Of a stretch of DNA of 64,000 bases, positions 36,634 through 50,712 are shown piece after piece. The position numbers and the translations under genes were made by a program. Origin of the DNA: Macrostomum lignano (taxonomy: Eukaryota); the NCBI GenBank assembly GCA_002269645.1, contig NIVC01003794.1, positions 1 through 64,000 of the forward strand, in the 5' to 3' direction. Position 1 is the stretch's first letter. The number at the start of each line of letters is the position of its first letter. The notes beneath the pieces are model-generated. The model saw nothing but the letters and a program-made list of their open reading frames with translations, was not told the DNA's origin and ran no database searches.

Positions 36634-37284
36634 CTCTTCGCTGGTGACGTTCATGCTCGTGAGCACCTGCTCAGCGGCTCGGTATTTTTGATAGGCTTGC
36701 ACGTGCAGGCGGCGGCCGAACAGGTCCTTGGCGGTGTGTCGCAGGTTCTGCACAACGCCCAGCTGTACCCGGAATGGCACCTTCCGGCGCTCGTCCTCGT
36801 CCCGGGAATAGAACGCGTCCACCGAGTGGCTGTCGCAGAAGCTGACCAACTCGACGTCGGCCAGGATCGGCTCGCCGCCGGGGATGCGCGGAGCGGCGCC
36901 CTGCTCGCCAAGGAAGGCGTCGGGGTGGATGTGGAACACGGCCCGCTCGCCCTTGCACATGCTGGCCAGGGCCCAGTCGATGCCGGGGATCATGTCGGAG
37001 TTCAGCCGCTTCGTGTACGGCTTGGCGTCCAGGTGCTGCCTGGTGGAGTCGAAAGGCTCGACTAGCGACTCGGCGAACAGGGTATAGTGGAAGGTCACCA
37101 TGGCGTCCGGGGGCGGCGGGCTGCCCGAGCCGAACTTCTTCACCCGCTTGTGCAGCAGGCCGTGCCGCTCCGAGCCGGGGTCCGGGAACACGTCGGTCAT
37201 CGTGCGCCGCTTGCGCTCGAATCGGGAGACGCCGCTAGCGTCGTCCTCGGCATCGTCGTCATCTTCATCGTCGCTGATGCCCAC
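36634..37284 (-). CDS. FKBP6: FKBP6/Shutdown exon 2 (FKBP domain + TPR1)
   Basis: VTFHY..EPFDS..MCKGE..PRIP..DVELVSF FKBP signature, followed by SVDAFY...QKYRAA as in FKBP6; phase 0/0, 651 nt. Confidence 0.9.
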
Positions 37285-37369
37285 CTGCGGGAGCAGTGGG
37301 CCGGGCTCGGGTCAGGTCTCACCGATTGAGGCCAAGAGGCTTGCCTGGGAAATCTAGGACCCACTTGGG

Positions 37370-38005
37370 AATATGGGGTTTGGGAGCTGGGAATCAACAT
37401 GGGGATCTGGGAATCAACAATGGGATCTGGGATTAAGCAGGAATCAACATAGGGATTTAGAAATCAACAATGGGGATCTGGGAGTCAACATGGGGATCTG
37501 GGAGTCAACATGGGGATCTGGAAATCAACATGAGGGTCTGGGAATCAACATGGGGATCTAGAAATCAACACGAGGGTCTGGGAGTCAACATGGGGATCTG
37601 GGAGTCAACATGGGGATCTGGAAATCAACATGAGGGTCTGGGAATCAACATGGGGATCTAGAAATCAACATGAGGGTCTGGGAATCAACATGGGGATCTG
37701 GAAATCAACATGAGGGTCCGGGAATCAACATGGGGATCTAGAAATCAACATGGGAATCTGGAAATCAACATAGGGATCTGGAGATGAGCACAGGGGATCT
37801 GGGAATCAACATGGGGATCTGGGAGTCAGCATGGGGATCTGGGAATCAACATGGGGATCTGGGAGTCAACATGGGGATCTGGGAGTCAGCATGGGGATCT
37901 GGGAATCAGCATGGGGATCTGGGAATCAACATGGGGATCTGGGAGTCAGCATGGGGATCTGGGAGTCAGCATGGGGATCTGGGCCGAATCAACATGGGGA
38001 TCTGG
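37370..38005. repeat. 20-bp ATGGGGATCTGGGAATCAAC array in FKBP6 intron 1
   Basis: Direct inspection. Confidence 0.95.
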
Positions 38006-38052
38006 GAGCAACCAACTCAGAAACAGTGGATTATGTTCTGCAATGCACTCAC

Positions 38053-38340
38053 CTGCTCCATGCGCCTGAGATACTCCCTATCGCGGAACAAGCCCTGAAC
38101 CAGTTCAATTTCCGGATCCTCCTCGGTCTCGGGCACGCTGAACTCGACTCCATCGTTGCTGAGCACATCTCTGCGGTGGATTGGCTGGTTCAGCCGGGTA
38201 CTCGGCGCTTCAATGGCGCCTCCCTCGGACGGCATCTGGCTGACGATGCGATTGATGCGGTCCCGCTCCTCCTGGGTGAACTGCAGGTCCTGGCCGGACG
38301 CCGGGCCCTCACCATCACCGTTGCCATTGGCGGAAGGCAT
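38053..38340 (-). CDS. FKBP6: FKBP6/Shutdown exon 1 (acidic N-terminus)
   Basis: ATG 38340, 288 nt, donor cag|gtgagt. Full CDS 1542 nt = 513 aa. Confidence 0.82.
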
Positions 38341-38509
38341 TTTCGGTAGCTCCCGACAAGTCAAAAGTTTTCAAAACTTGTACAAACTAAATTAGGGCAC
38401 GGAAGTTTAGCAGAAGGTCAAGGATTGGATATTGAGCGATTTAATTACCCTGTGACAGCAAACACAGTTTATCAGATTTGATTGGCTGTTGGGGACTGAA
38501 CCCGAACTC

Positions 38510-40046
38510 GCTGACTGACTGACTGTCCGACTGACTGACTGACTGACTGTTCGACTGACTGACTGACTGACTGACTGACTGACTGACTGACTGACTGACT
38601 GACTGACTCACTGACTGACTGACTGACTCACTCACTGACTCACTCACTCACTGACTGACTGTCCGACTGACTGACTCACTGACTGACTGTCTGTCTGTCT
38701 GACTGACTCACTCACTGGCTGACTGACTGACTGACTGACTGGCTGACTGACTGACTGACTGACTGACTGACTGACTGACTGACTGACTGTCCGACTGATT
38801 CACTCACTGACTGTCCGACTGACTGACTGACTGTCCGACTGACTGACTGTCTGTCTGACTGACTGACTGACTGACTGACTGACTGACTGTCCGACTGACT
38901 GACTGACTGTCCGACTGACTGACTGTCTGTCTGACTGACTCACTCGCTGACTGACTGACTGTCTGACTGACTGTTCGACTGACTGTCTGACTGATTCAAT
39001 CGCTCGCTGACTGACTGACTGTCTGACTGACTGACTGACTGACTGTCTGACTGACTGACTGTCCGACTGACTATCTGACTGACTGTCTGACTGACTCACT
39101 CGCTGACCGACTGACTGTCTGACTGACTGACTGACTGTCTGTCTGTCTGACTGACTGACTGACTGACTGACTGACTGTCGATCTGACTGACTGACTGACT
39201 GTCTGTCTGACTGACTGACTGACTGACTGACTGACTAGCTGACTGACTGGCTGACTAGCTGACTGACTGGCTGACTGACTAGCTGACTGAATAGCTGACT
39301 GACTGTCCGACTGACTGACTCACTCACTGACTGTCCGACTGACTCACTCACTGACTGTCCGACTAACTGACTGACTGACTGTCTGTCTGACTCACTCGCT
39401 GACCGACTGACTGTCTGACTGACTGACTGACTGTCTGACTGACTGGCTGTCTGACTGACTGACTGACTGACTGTCTGTCTGTCTGACTGACTCACTCGCT
39501 GACCGACTGACTGTCTGACTGACTGGCTGTCTGACTGACTGGCTGTCTGACTGACTGGCTGTCTGACTGACTGGCTGTCTGACTGATTGGCTGACTGTCG
39601 ATCTGACTGACTGACTGACTGTCTGTCTGACTGACTGACTGACTGACTAACTGACTGACTAGCTGACTGACTGGCTGACTAGCTGACTGACTGGCTGACT
39701 GACTAGCTGACTGAATAGCTGACTGACTGTCCGACTGACTGACTCACTCACTGACTGTCCGACTGACTCACTCACTGACTGTCCGACTAACTGACTGACT
39801 GACTGTCTGTCTGACTCACTCGCTGACCGACTGACTGTCTGACTGACTGACTGACTGTCTGACTGACTGGCTGTCTGACTGACTGACTGACTGACTGACT
39901 GTCTGTCTGTCTGACTGACTCACTCGCTGACCGACTGACTGTCTGACTGACTGGCTGTCTGACTGACTGGCTGTCTGACTGACTGGCTGTCTGACTGACT
40001 GGCTGTCTGACTGACTGGCTGTCTGACTGACTGACTGACTGACTGA
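38510..40046. repeat. Compound (TGAC)n microsatellite with internal block duplication
   Basis: Direct inspection; the 39.1-39.55 kb and 39.6-40.0 kb blocks are near-duplicates. Confidence 0.95.
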
Positions 40047-40487
40047 AACAGCATCAAAGGATTTGTCGCAAGCTGTTCAAAGCAAGTATATTTATAATTT
40101 AGTAGATCAAACAAATTGTTTTGAAGTATCGTTGCGGTTAAATTATTGCAAAAGAATTCTATGCAAAAAATGACAGGAAAATTACAATTAGACTACAAGA
40201 GATTCACAAGCAGCTTGCGTGAAGCAATGGGTTTACAAGAACAGTTCTGTTGCGAAATTCCAAGAAACATGGGTCTGGGGAACGAATATATTAATTACAA
40301 AATTCTGCCAAACTTACATGGGAAATTGCAAGAAAGAATCGCGCATCACACTACTGACAAAAATGTGACTAGTAGAGTACAGTGTTTCATTTGCGACACA
40401 AAAATATCCGCACAATTTGTGACCAGACAAAACTACAGTGGGGACACGAGTGAAATAAAATATTGCGGAATGCTAATATCTGCCTCT

Positions 40488-41330
40488 CCGCTCTCCCTCA
40501 GCTACTGAATCTGCCTCTCCGCTCTCCCTCAGCTACTGAATCTGCCTCTCCGCTCTCCCTCAGCTACTGAATCTGCCTCTCCGCTCTCCCTCAGCTACTG
40601 AATCTGCCTCTCCGCTCCCCCTCAGCTACTGAATCTGCCTCTCCGCTCCCCCTCAGCTACTGAATCTGCCTCTCCGCTCTCCCTCAGCTACTGAATCTGC
40701 CTCTCCGCTCTCCCTCAGCTACTGAATCTGCCTCTCCGCTCCCCCTCAGCTACTGAATCTGCCTCTCCGCTCTCCCTCAGCTACTGAATCTGCCTCTCCG
40801 CTCTCCCTCAGCTACTGAATCTGCCTCTCCGCTCTCCCTCAGCTACTGAATCTGCCTCTCCGCTCTCCCTCAGCTACTGAATCTGCCTCTCCGCTCTCCC
40901 TCAGCTACTGAATCTGCCTCTCCGCTCTCCCTCAGCTACTGAATCTGCCTCTCCGCTCTCCCTCAGCTACTGAATCTGCCTCTCCGCTCCCCCTCAGCTA
41001 CTGAATCTGCCTCTCCGCTCCCCCTCAGCTACTGAATCTGCCTCTCCGCTCTCCCTCAGCTACTGAATCTGCCTCTCCGCTCTCCCTCAGCTACTGAATC
41101 TGCCTCTCCGCTCCCCCTCAGCTACTGAATCTGCCTCTCCGCTCTCCCTCAGCTACTGAATCTGCCTCTCCGCTCTCCCTCAGCTACTGAATCTGCCTCT
41201 CCGCTCTCCCTCAGCTACTGAATCTGCCTCTCCGCTCTCCCTCAGCTACTGAATCTGCCTCTCCGCTCTCCCTCAGCTACTGAATCTGCCTCTCCGCTCT
41301 CCCTCAGCTACTGAATCTGCATCTCCGCTC
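40488..41330. repeat. 31-bp AATCTGCCTCTCCGCTCTCCCTCAGCTACTG array
   Basis: About 27 near-identical units. Confidence 0.97.
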
Positions 41331-41669
41331 CAGAGCCAAAGGAATCTGTAACTATCTTTTTAGTTTCTAAGGTCAACTCAAACCGGACTAACAAATACGC
41401 TCGTAAATAATCATTCATGCGATTTGGTAAAGCCAAATGAAAACGAATATCTCGAATTTTTTAAAAAGATATTGCACAAAAACTGGATCAGAGACAGGGG
41501 GGACAGTACTAATGTCAGATGACGACAGGCATTTTAACTGTAAACTTGCAGACACGGAAATGTGGAAGGGCAAATCAATGGCTGTGTTAAAATTAGTATG
41601 ATTAATTTTTAATAAAGATTTGCGAATCATTTTTCTCACACCAGCTAAAGTCAGGCGCATCAGCGATGG

Positions 41670-41732
41670 CTACTTGAGCATCTTGTTTGCCCGATCGTTC
41701 GCCTCCTGGATGCGCTTGTCGTTGGACTCCGC
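41670..41732 (-). CDS. SNAP25: SNAP-25 last exon
   Basis: AESNDKRIQEANDRANKMLK*, acceptor cccgcag. Confidence 0.92.
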   Translation of the reverse strand, partial: AESNDKRIQEANDRANKMLK

Positions 41733-41754
41733 CTGCGGGTTGTGCGGGATCGGA

Positions 41755-43290
41755 GGTGGACAAATATTGGCAGGCCTAATCCTACTCGAGTAATCACAGC
41801 TTAGCAACCAGGTGGACAAATATTGGCATGCCTAATCCTACTCGAGTAATCACAGCTTAGCAACCAGGTGGACAAATATTGGCAGGCCTAATCCTACTCG
41901 AGTAATCACAGCTTAGCAACCAGGTGGACAAATATTGGCATGCCTAATCCTACTCGAGTAATCACAGCTTAGCAACCAGGTGGACAAATATTGGCAGGCC
42001 TAATCCTACTCGAGTAATCACAGCTTAGCAACCAGGTGGACAAATATTGGCATGCCTAATCCTACTCGAGTAATCACAGCTTAGCAACCAGGTGGACAAA
42101 TATTGGCAGGCCTAATCCTACTCGAGTAATCACAGCTTAGCAACCAGGTGGACAAATATTGGCATGCCTAATCCTACTCGAGTAATCACAGCTTAGCAAC
42201 CAGGTGGACAAATATTGGCAAGCCTAATCCTACTCGAGTAATCACAGCTTAGCAACCAGGTGGACAAATATTGGCAAGCCTAATCCTACTCGAGTAATCA
42301 CAGCTTAGCAACCAGGTGGACAAATATTGGCATGCCTAATCCTACTCGAGTAATCACAGCTTAGCAACCAGGTGGACAAATATTGGCATGCCTAATCCTA
42401 CTCGAGTAATCACAGCTTAGCAACCAGGTGGACAAATATTGGCAGGCCTAATCCTACTCGAGTAATTGGAGCTTAGCAATCAGGTGGACAAATATTGACA
42501 GGCCCAATCCTACTCGAGTAATCACAGCTTAGCAACCGGGTGGACAAATATTGGCAGGCCCAATCCTACTCGAGTAATTGGAGCTTAGCAACCAGGTGGA
42601 CAAATATTGACAGGCCTTATCCTACTCGAGTAATCACAGCTTAGCAACCGGGTGGACAAATATTGGCAGGCCCAATCCTACTCGAGTAATTGGAGCTTAG
42701 CAACCAGGTGGACAAATATTGACAGGCCCAATCCTACTCGAGTAATCACAGCTTAGCAACCAGGTGGACAAATATTGACAGGCCTGATCTTACTCGAGTA
42801 ATCACAGCTTAGCAACCCGGTGGACAAATATTGGCAGGCCTGATCTTACTCGAGTAATCACAGCTTAGCAACCAGGTGGACAAATATTGGCATGCTCAAT
42901 CCTACTCGAGTAATTGGAGCTTAGCAACCGGGTGGACAAATATTGGCAGGCCCAATCCTACTCGAGTAATTGGAGCTTAGCAACCAGGTGGACAAATATT
43001 GGCATGCCTAATCCTACTCGAGTAATCACAGCCTAGCAACCCGGTGGACAAATATTGGCATGCCTGATCCTACTCGAGTAATTGGAGCTTAGCAACCAAG
43101 TGGACAAATATTGGCAGGCCTAATCCTACTCGAGTAATCACAGCTTAGCAACCAGGTGGACAAATATTGGCAGGCCTAATCCTACTCGAGTAATCACAGC
43201 CTAGCAACCCGGTGGACAAATATTGGCAGGCCTAATTCTACTCGAGTAATTGGAGCTTAGCAACCAGATGGACCAATATTAGCATGCTCA
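41755..43290. repeat. 56-bp minisatellite in SNAP-25 last intron
   Basis: GGTGGACAAATATTGGCAGGCCTAATCCTACTCGAGTAATCACAGCTTAGCAACCA, about 27 units. Confidence 0.97.
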
Positions 43291-43989
43291 ATCCTACCCA
43301 AGTCCTACTGCACGTCTGCACAGGGAAATCTGATAGCCTAGAGCCATGGAAGCCTCCTCCCCCCCTCGGTGCGCCCAGAATCTCGAATTTCATTAACCCC
43401 GACTGCCTATGCAACGGCACCACTCATGCACATGCGGCCGAGTGATGATGCCCCCCATCCCCAGGAGTGTCTCCCAGCAAGCTTTGCATCCGGATGGGGA
43501 ACTTCATTTATGATTTATTAATGCCAAAACCCCTATCGATTGAGACATTGCGAGTTCGTACACTGAGAGATGGCATAAAAGAATAAGAACTGCTCAGCTT
43601 TGAACTGTGAAGCCGCCTATTGCTCTGACAGACTGATGGGAAATGTAATAGGGAAGCTTTACTAACATATGCATATTTAATACATAATATATTAGTAAAT
43701 ATAGCGGGCTTAGTCTATCTGGTAGGCAGGCGGGTCCCGAGGCAGCGGAGGAATCCGCCAGCGCAATCTCAGGCCAGTTTAGCACTGAAGTGGCTACTAT
43801 TTGCCAGGCTGAATTATCCCCCACCCCCGCATTTATCCCCTTCTGCCCAGGCACAAACAGCCTGTTTTACTCTTTATTTGATTGAGTCTTATCAACCACT
43901 GCCACACTGCTGCAGCAAACACTCGCTGACTGGGAACAAAAGTGAATAAATCCGCGATACGGAGTGTGACAGCTGTAGGCGGACTGGGC

Positions 43990-45085
43990 ATTGCTAATCT
44001 AGCCTGTCTGAGATGCAGGAATAGAGTGGATTGCTAATCTAGCCTGTCTGAGATGCAGGAATAGAATGGATTGCTAATCTAGCCTATCATGGGTGCGTAA
44101 TAGAATGGATTGCTAATCTAGCCTATCATGGATGCAGGAATAGAATGGATTGCTAATCTAGCCTATCATGGATGCAGGAATAGAATGGATTGCTAATCTA
44201 GCCTATCATGGGTGCAGGAATAGAATGGATTGCTAATCTAGCCTATCATGGGTGCAGGATTAGAATGGATTGCTAATCTAGCCTATCATGGATGCAGGAA
44301 TAGAATGGATTGCTAATCTAGCCTATCATGGGTGCAGGAATAGAATGGATTGATAATCTAGCCTATCATAGTTGCAGGAATAGAATGGATTGCTAATCTA
44401 GCCTATCATGGGTGCAGGAATAGAATGGATTGCTAATCTAGCCTATCATGGATGCAGGAATAGAATGGATTGCTAATCTAGCCTATCATGGGTACAGGAA
44501 TAGAATGGATTGCTAATCTAGCCTATCATGCGTGCAGGATTAGAATGGATTGCTAATCTAGCCTATCATGGATGCAGGAATAGAATGGATTGCTAATCTA
44601 GCCTATCATGGGTGCAGGAATACAATGGATTGCTAATCTAGCCTATCATGGGTGCAGGAATAGAATGGATTGCTAATCTAGCCTATCATGGATGCAGGAA
44701 TAGAATGGATTGCTAATCTAGCCTATCATGGGTGCAGGAATAGAATGGATTGCTAATCTAGCCTATCATGGGTGCAGGAATAGAATGGATTGCTAATTTA
44801 GCCTATCATGGGTGCAGGAATAGAATGGATTGCTAATCTAGCCTATCATGGATGCAGGAATAGAATGGATTGCTAATCTAGCCTATCACGGATGCAGGAA
44901 TAGAATGGATTGCTAATCTAGCCTATCACGGATGCAGGAATAGAATGGATTGCTAATCTAGCCTATCATGGGTGCAGGATTAGAATGGATTGCTAATCTA
45001 GCCTATTATGGATGCAGGAATAGAATGGATTGCTAATTTAGCCTATCATGGGTGCAGGAATAGAATGGATTGCTAGTCTAGCCTG
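43990..45085. repeat. 40-bp minisatellite
   Basis: TAGAATGGATTGCTAATCTAGCCTATCATGGGTGCAGGAA. Confidence 0.97.
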
Positions 45086-45552
45086 CACGGATGCTGTATA
45101 ATTGAATAGACAACAGTAAGACACCAGTCTCCCCCCTAGGCAGTGCGCATGCAGCACCAGAGGCATTCCAAGCCAAGCAATAGGCGGGGAATCCATGAAT
45201 CGAGCAGGTAAAAATCTCAGTGAGAGCGCCAGCAGACTCGCGCAGAAAGAAGATCAATAGCAGGCTCTCCGGGTCGCCATCAGCGGGTGATTGATGTGAG
45301 GTGCGGAATGCCGCATTACCTGTATTAAGCCGAGCACTCCCAGCCTCTCTGCTTCATCCTTTCTAGTCTATCAATATCGCAGACGTGAGATGCTGAGCAA
45401 ACTCTCTTAAGCCTTTAGTAACGAGCAGAGCCTTCTTAGAAAGCCAGAGGCGGAGCAGATGCTCAGATTTGCAATCAATGTTAACACAAGCTGTTTGCTC
45501 AATACTAGCACAAACACAGACTGTCCCGGCATACGGCTGCGAGAATGCTCAC

Positions 45553-45697
45553 CTTGACTTTGATGCGGTCCAGTTGTCTATTCTGCGAATCGATCTCGCT
45601 GCCCATGTCTACTGCCATGTTGCGCAAGTTTCCAACCATGTTGCCGACCTCCTGGATGTTGTTGTCCATCTCGTCCTCCCGGGCGTCCTTGGTGATT
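45553..45697 (-). CDS. SNAP25: SNAP-25 exon (Qc SNARE motif)
   Basis: [48 protein letters not shown]; phase 2 in, phase 0 out. Confidence 0.95.
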
Positions 45698-45764
45698 CTG
45701 AGGGGCGCGACAGAGGGCACGGCGGGTGAAAAATAGATTTATTTAGCAGTTTTAGCTAGTGGCA

Positions 45765-46625
45765 AGAGTGGAACTACAGCTAGAGTGACACAAGAGTGAA
45801 GCTACAGCCAGAGTGACGCAAGAGTGAAGCTACAGCTAGAGTGACACAAGAGTAAAGCTACAGCCAGAGTGACACAAGAGTGAAGCTACAGCCAGAGTGA
45901 CACAAGAGTGAAGCTACAGCCAGAGTGACACAAAAGTGAAGCTACAGCCAGAGTGACACAAGAGTACAGCTACAGCCAGAGTGACACAAGAGTGAAGCTA
46001 CAGTCAGAGTGACACAAGAGTGAAGCTACAGCTAGAGTGACACAAGAGTGAAGCTATACAGCCAAAGTGACACAAGAGTGAAGCTACAGCTAGAGTGACA
46101 CAAGAGTGAAGCTACAGCCAGAGTGACACAAGAGTGAAGCTACAGCTAGAGTGACACAAGAGTGAAGCTACAGCTAGAGTGACACAAGAGTGAAGCTACA
46201 GCTAGAGTGACACAAGAGTGAAGCTACAGCTAGAGTGACACAAGAGTGAAGCTACAGTCAGAGTGACACAAGAGTGAAGCTACAGCCAGAGTGACACAAG
46301 AGTGAAGCTACAGCCAGAGTGACACAAGAGTGAAGCTACAGCCAGAGTGACACAAGAGTAAAGCTACAGCCAGAGTGACACAAGAGTACAGCTACAGCCA
46401 GAGTGACACAAGAGTGAAGCTACAGTCAGAGTGACACAAGAGTGAAGCTACAGCTAGAGTGACACAAGAGTGAAGCTATACAGCCAGAGTGACACAAGAG
46501 TAAAGCTACAGCCAGAGTGACACAAGAGTGAAACTATATAGCCAGAGTGACACAAGAGTGAAGCTACAGCCAGAGTGACACAAGAGTGAAGCTACAGCTA
46601 GAGTGACACAAGAGTGAAGCAATAG
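45765..46625. repeat. 28-bp minisatellite
   Basis: AGAGTGACACAAGAGTGAAGCTACAGCC. Confidence 0.96.
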
Positions 46626-46653
46626 CCCTAGCAAAGTGCGCAGCCGCTCTCAC

Positions 46654-46776
46654 CGAGTGACATATCCGCCTTGTATAGCCATGCCATTCTGGTCCACCAC
46701 CACCCGCGGCCCGTTGGTGTTGACGGCTCCGTCGTCGTCCTTTTTGAATTTTTTGTCAAAGTCGCCCTTGCCGGCT
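46654..46776 (-). CDS. SNAP25: SNAP-25 exon (linker)
   Basis: AGKGDFDKKFKKDDDGAVNTNGPRVVVDQNGMAIQGGYVT; phase 2/2. Confidence 0.92.
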
Positions 46777-47474
46777 CTGCGAAGTGGAGGAAAGTGCAGG
46801 CCTGACAGTCCTGTGCGCGGCTGAGTAGCAGGAGATACATCAGGCTGAACAGATAAAGCAGTAATGAAATACGCAGTTAGTAAGTCATCTCTGAAATTGC
46901 CACTCCCAAAAGCAAGCAGCTTAAGCGCAGATCGATAGGAAAATGGGAAATGGGAATGAGGGGCGGCGGCGGCCGGCTTAGGGAAGAGGAAATAAATATT
47001 GGGATGCTGGGAGCGATTACTTACTGTGACGGGAACGGAGCCACAGCAACTCAGTCAGGCAGTGGCGCCCTAATCTTTGAGCAGGGAGGATAATTAATGC
47101 CACAGAAAATGAGATCGCTTCCCCTAGAAGCAGCAGCGGAAGCAGAGGCAGCTGAGATTTTCATATTTCAGTTCCAGTATTTCGGTGGGATTTTTTTAAC
47201 CAACAAAATCCCCAGCGCCATCTCTATCCCACTCGTGTTCTCCCCCGGGATTCAGTGAGTTCTTGCGAGTCCAGACTTGCAATTTTCCGGCCTGGAAGTT
47301 GGGATAACTTCTCTATGCCGGCTCTGAGCTCCAACTCTCTGGGGCCTTCGCGAACCGGAGCAAACAGAGAGGGGGGGCATCGGACTGCCCACCCGACGCA
47401 TTCAAGGCTGAAATGTAATTCTCGGCTGGATAAGAGGCTTCAGCCATCCGATGTCCAGCGGAGAACCGCCTTTG

Positions 47475-47652
<178 letters not shown>

Positions 47653-47805
47653 ATGAGAGGCGGAGAAAGCGGAGAGCCAAAATGAGAAAAGAAAGTCCAA
47701 AGCCTTTGAGTCACCAGCGACAAAGGGCTGCCAAGGAACGGAAAGGAGCTTAGTGAGACACTCTACAGGAAATCAGCGGAAACTGGTAAGGTAAGGGTGA
47801 GAATG

Positions 47806-47899
47806 GGACAGGCAGACAGACACTGATTGGGACGGGCAGACAGACAGAACGACAGGCAGACAGACACTAAGACAGACAGACAGACAGACAGACAGGCAT

Positions 47900-47950
<51 letters not shown>

Positions 47951-48007
47951 CACAGGCACACAGACAGACAGACAGGCAGACAGACAGACAGACAGACAGA
48001 CAGGCAT

Positions 48008-48054
<47 letters not shown>

Positions 48055-48123
48055 CAGGCATACAGACAGACGGGCAGACAGACAGACGGGCAGACAGACA
48101 GACATACAGACAGACAGACGGGC

Positions 48124-48156
<33 letters not shown>

Positions 48157-48161
48157 GGCAT

Positions 48162-48212
<51 letters not shown>

Positions 48213-48237
48213 GGCAGACAGACAGACAGACAGGCAT

Positions 48238-48292
<55 letters not shown>

Positions 48293-48357
48293 CAGGCATA
48301 CAGACAGACGGGCAGACAGACAGACAGGCAGACAGACAGACAGACAGACAGACGGGC

Positions 48358-48389
<32 letters not shown>

Positions 48390-48510
48390 GGGCAGACAGA
48401 CAGACAGACAGACATACAGACAGACAGACAGGCATACAGACAGGCATACAGACAGACAGACAGACAGACAGATAGGCATACAGGCATACAGACAGACAGA
48501 CAGACAGACA
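47806..48510. repeat. Compound (GACA)n
   Basis: Direct inspection. Confidence 0.95.
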
Positions 48511-49311
48511 GCCAGCCTCATAAGCTTATTGAAAAATAAATGAAAATTAATCAGAAATCAGATGTCAGGCACACAGACACACTCAGATACAGAGAGGTAG
48601 ACGCCAATGCAGATTCCCATAAGCAAGAGTACAACTGCTTAGTAGAGAAACAGAGAACAGGTAAGTAGGTGCGGGAGCCACACTCAGGCGGTAAATAATA
48701 GTACAGCTCCGGTGTCGGGGTGCAGTAAGAATTTGCAACAATAGCATCAGAACAGGGATGCAGGTAATTCTACCGAGGCGGGGAAGAAGGAAGAGAGAGA
48801 GCAGCGAAGGACCCGCCGGTGGATGCGGAACTGGAGTGGCTGAAGGCAGAATGAGTGCACCAGTAGCGGATGTGAGGGAAAATGGAGCCGCCTGCAGTGA
48901 AGGATAGGCGGCGGCAGCGGTTGAATAATTCAGCGCGCCTGTTTGGAAGCTGGCTGGCCGCCGGGGGGCGCTAAAACTGAGGCGCAGGCCAGGGGGAACT
49001 GAAGGAAAGGCGAGTCGCTGGGCGCGTCAGTCTCTTTTCCCGGGTAATTTTTGTCTCCCCGGCACTAGAATGTGTTAACAGCTAAAAGTATTCGGTAATG
49101 AAAACTGAGGGCTAATTACTAATGGCATCCGATTTCTCATTTCTCTTATCCCTGCTCAACTGACAGCCATGGCGATGCGAGAGTGGATGATTGCAATCCA
49201 CTCCACTGAGCTAATAGTGCCCACGCTAGCTGACGTCGCAGCTCTGCTGACTGTTTGCTCTTTATACTTTTATCTTCTTGAGCAAAACAAAATTAATTCG
49301 TCGAAGAACTG

Positions 49312-49765
49312 TCTGTCTGTCTGTTCTCCCTCCCTCCCTCCCTCCCTCCCTCCCTGTCTGTCTGTCTGTCTGCCTGTCTGCTCGTCTGTCTGTCCGTCTG
49401 TCTGTCTGTCCGTCTGTCTGCCCGTCTGTCTGTCTGTCTGCCCGCCTGTCTGTCTGTCTGTCTGTCTGCCTGTCTGCTCGTCTGTCTGTCCGTCTGTCTG
49501 TCTGCCCGCCTGTCTGTCTGTCTGTCTGTCTGTCTGTCTGCCTGTCTGTCTGCCTGTCTGTCTGCCTGTCTGTCTGCCCGTCTGTCTGCCTGTCTGTCTG
49601 CCCGTCCGTCTGTCTGTCTGTCTGTCTGCCCGTCTGTCTGCCCGTCTGTCTGTCTGCCCGTCTGTCTGCCTGTCTGTCTGCCCGTCTGTCTGTCTGCCCG
49701 TCTGTCTGTCTGTCTGTCTGCCCGTCTGTCTGTCTGCCCGTCTGTCTGCCCGTCTGTCTCTGTCT
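49312..49765. repeat. Compound (TGTC)n
   Basis: Direct inspection. Confidence 0.95.
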
Positions 49766-50264
49766 AGCCTCTAAATCTAGTAACTCGCCCCTTCGGCAGC
49801 TCACCCACATACTGTATAATGTCTGAAATGCATTAGAGATAGCAGATTAGCTGAAAACGAATTGCCAGCTCCCGAAATAGATGGGCAATTAAGTCGCAAT
49901 ATCCCCCATACACCAAGCAGACCTTTTATTGCGCAGATGCCTGAATCTACTTTCCGCAATCCGCATTAACCAGTTACAGCCTGGGGGAAGAGCGACAAGA
50001 GAGGTCGGAATAGGAAGCAACGGAGTCAGAAGTCTGCAGCACAGTCTGCTTTTAGCTTATTTTTATCATCCATTAATCAGCCAATCTGCTAAGCGTCTCT
50101 CTCTTTCTCTCTTAAATTGTTACAAAAGCAGGCAGACGACTCGATTTCGCGGCGCATCGGCTTAGCGACTGCTGGCTGGCTCCGAGGCCGAAAAGTTACA
50201 GCCAGCGTAAGAATTTTAGCCAGCTCCACGGCTCCCAACCGCATCCTCAGCTTATCTGGGCAAA

Positions 50265-50712
50265 CCAATCCCCATCCCTATTACCATCCGAATCCCCATC
50301 CCTATTACCATCCGAATCCCCATCCCTATTACCATCCGAATCCCCATCCCTATTACCATCCGAATCCCCATCCCTATTACCATCCGAATCCCCATCCCTA
50401 TTACCATCCGAATCCCCATCCCTATTACCATCCGAATCCCCATCCCAATGCCAATCCCAATCCCATCCGAATCCCCATCCCAATGCCAATCCCAATCCCA
50501 TCCGAATCCCCATCCCAATCCTGTCCGAATCCCCATCCCAATCCCATCCGAATCCCCATCCGAATCCCATCCTAATTCCAATCCCATCCCAATCCCATCC
50601 CAATCCCATCCCAATCCTATCCGAATTCCATCCGAATCCCATCCGAATCCCATCCCAATCCCATCCTAATTCCAATCCCATTTCAATCCCAATCCCATCC
50701 CAATCCCATCCG
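50265..50712. repeat. 24-bp CCCATCCCTATTACCATCCGAATC array decaying to (ATCCCA)n
   Basis: Direct inspection. Confidence 0.92.

Noticed and set aside
40146-40508. 120-aa AT-rich ORF downstream of SNAP-25
   Set aside because: No recognisable motif, runs into a minisatellite, and lacks the GC3 bias of real exons here.
41755-45085. CRISPR-like appearance of the 56- and 40-bp arrays
   Set aside because: Units are head-to-tail with no unique spacers, no cas genes, and the context is a eukaryotic intron.
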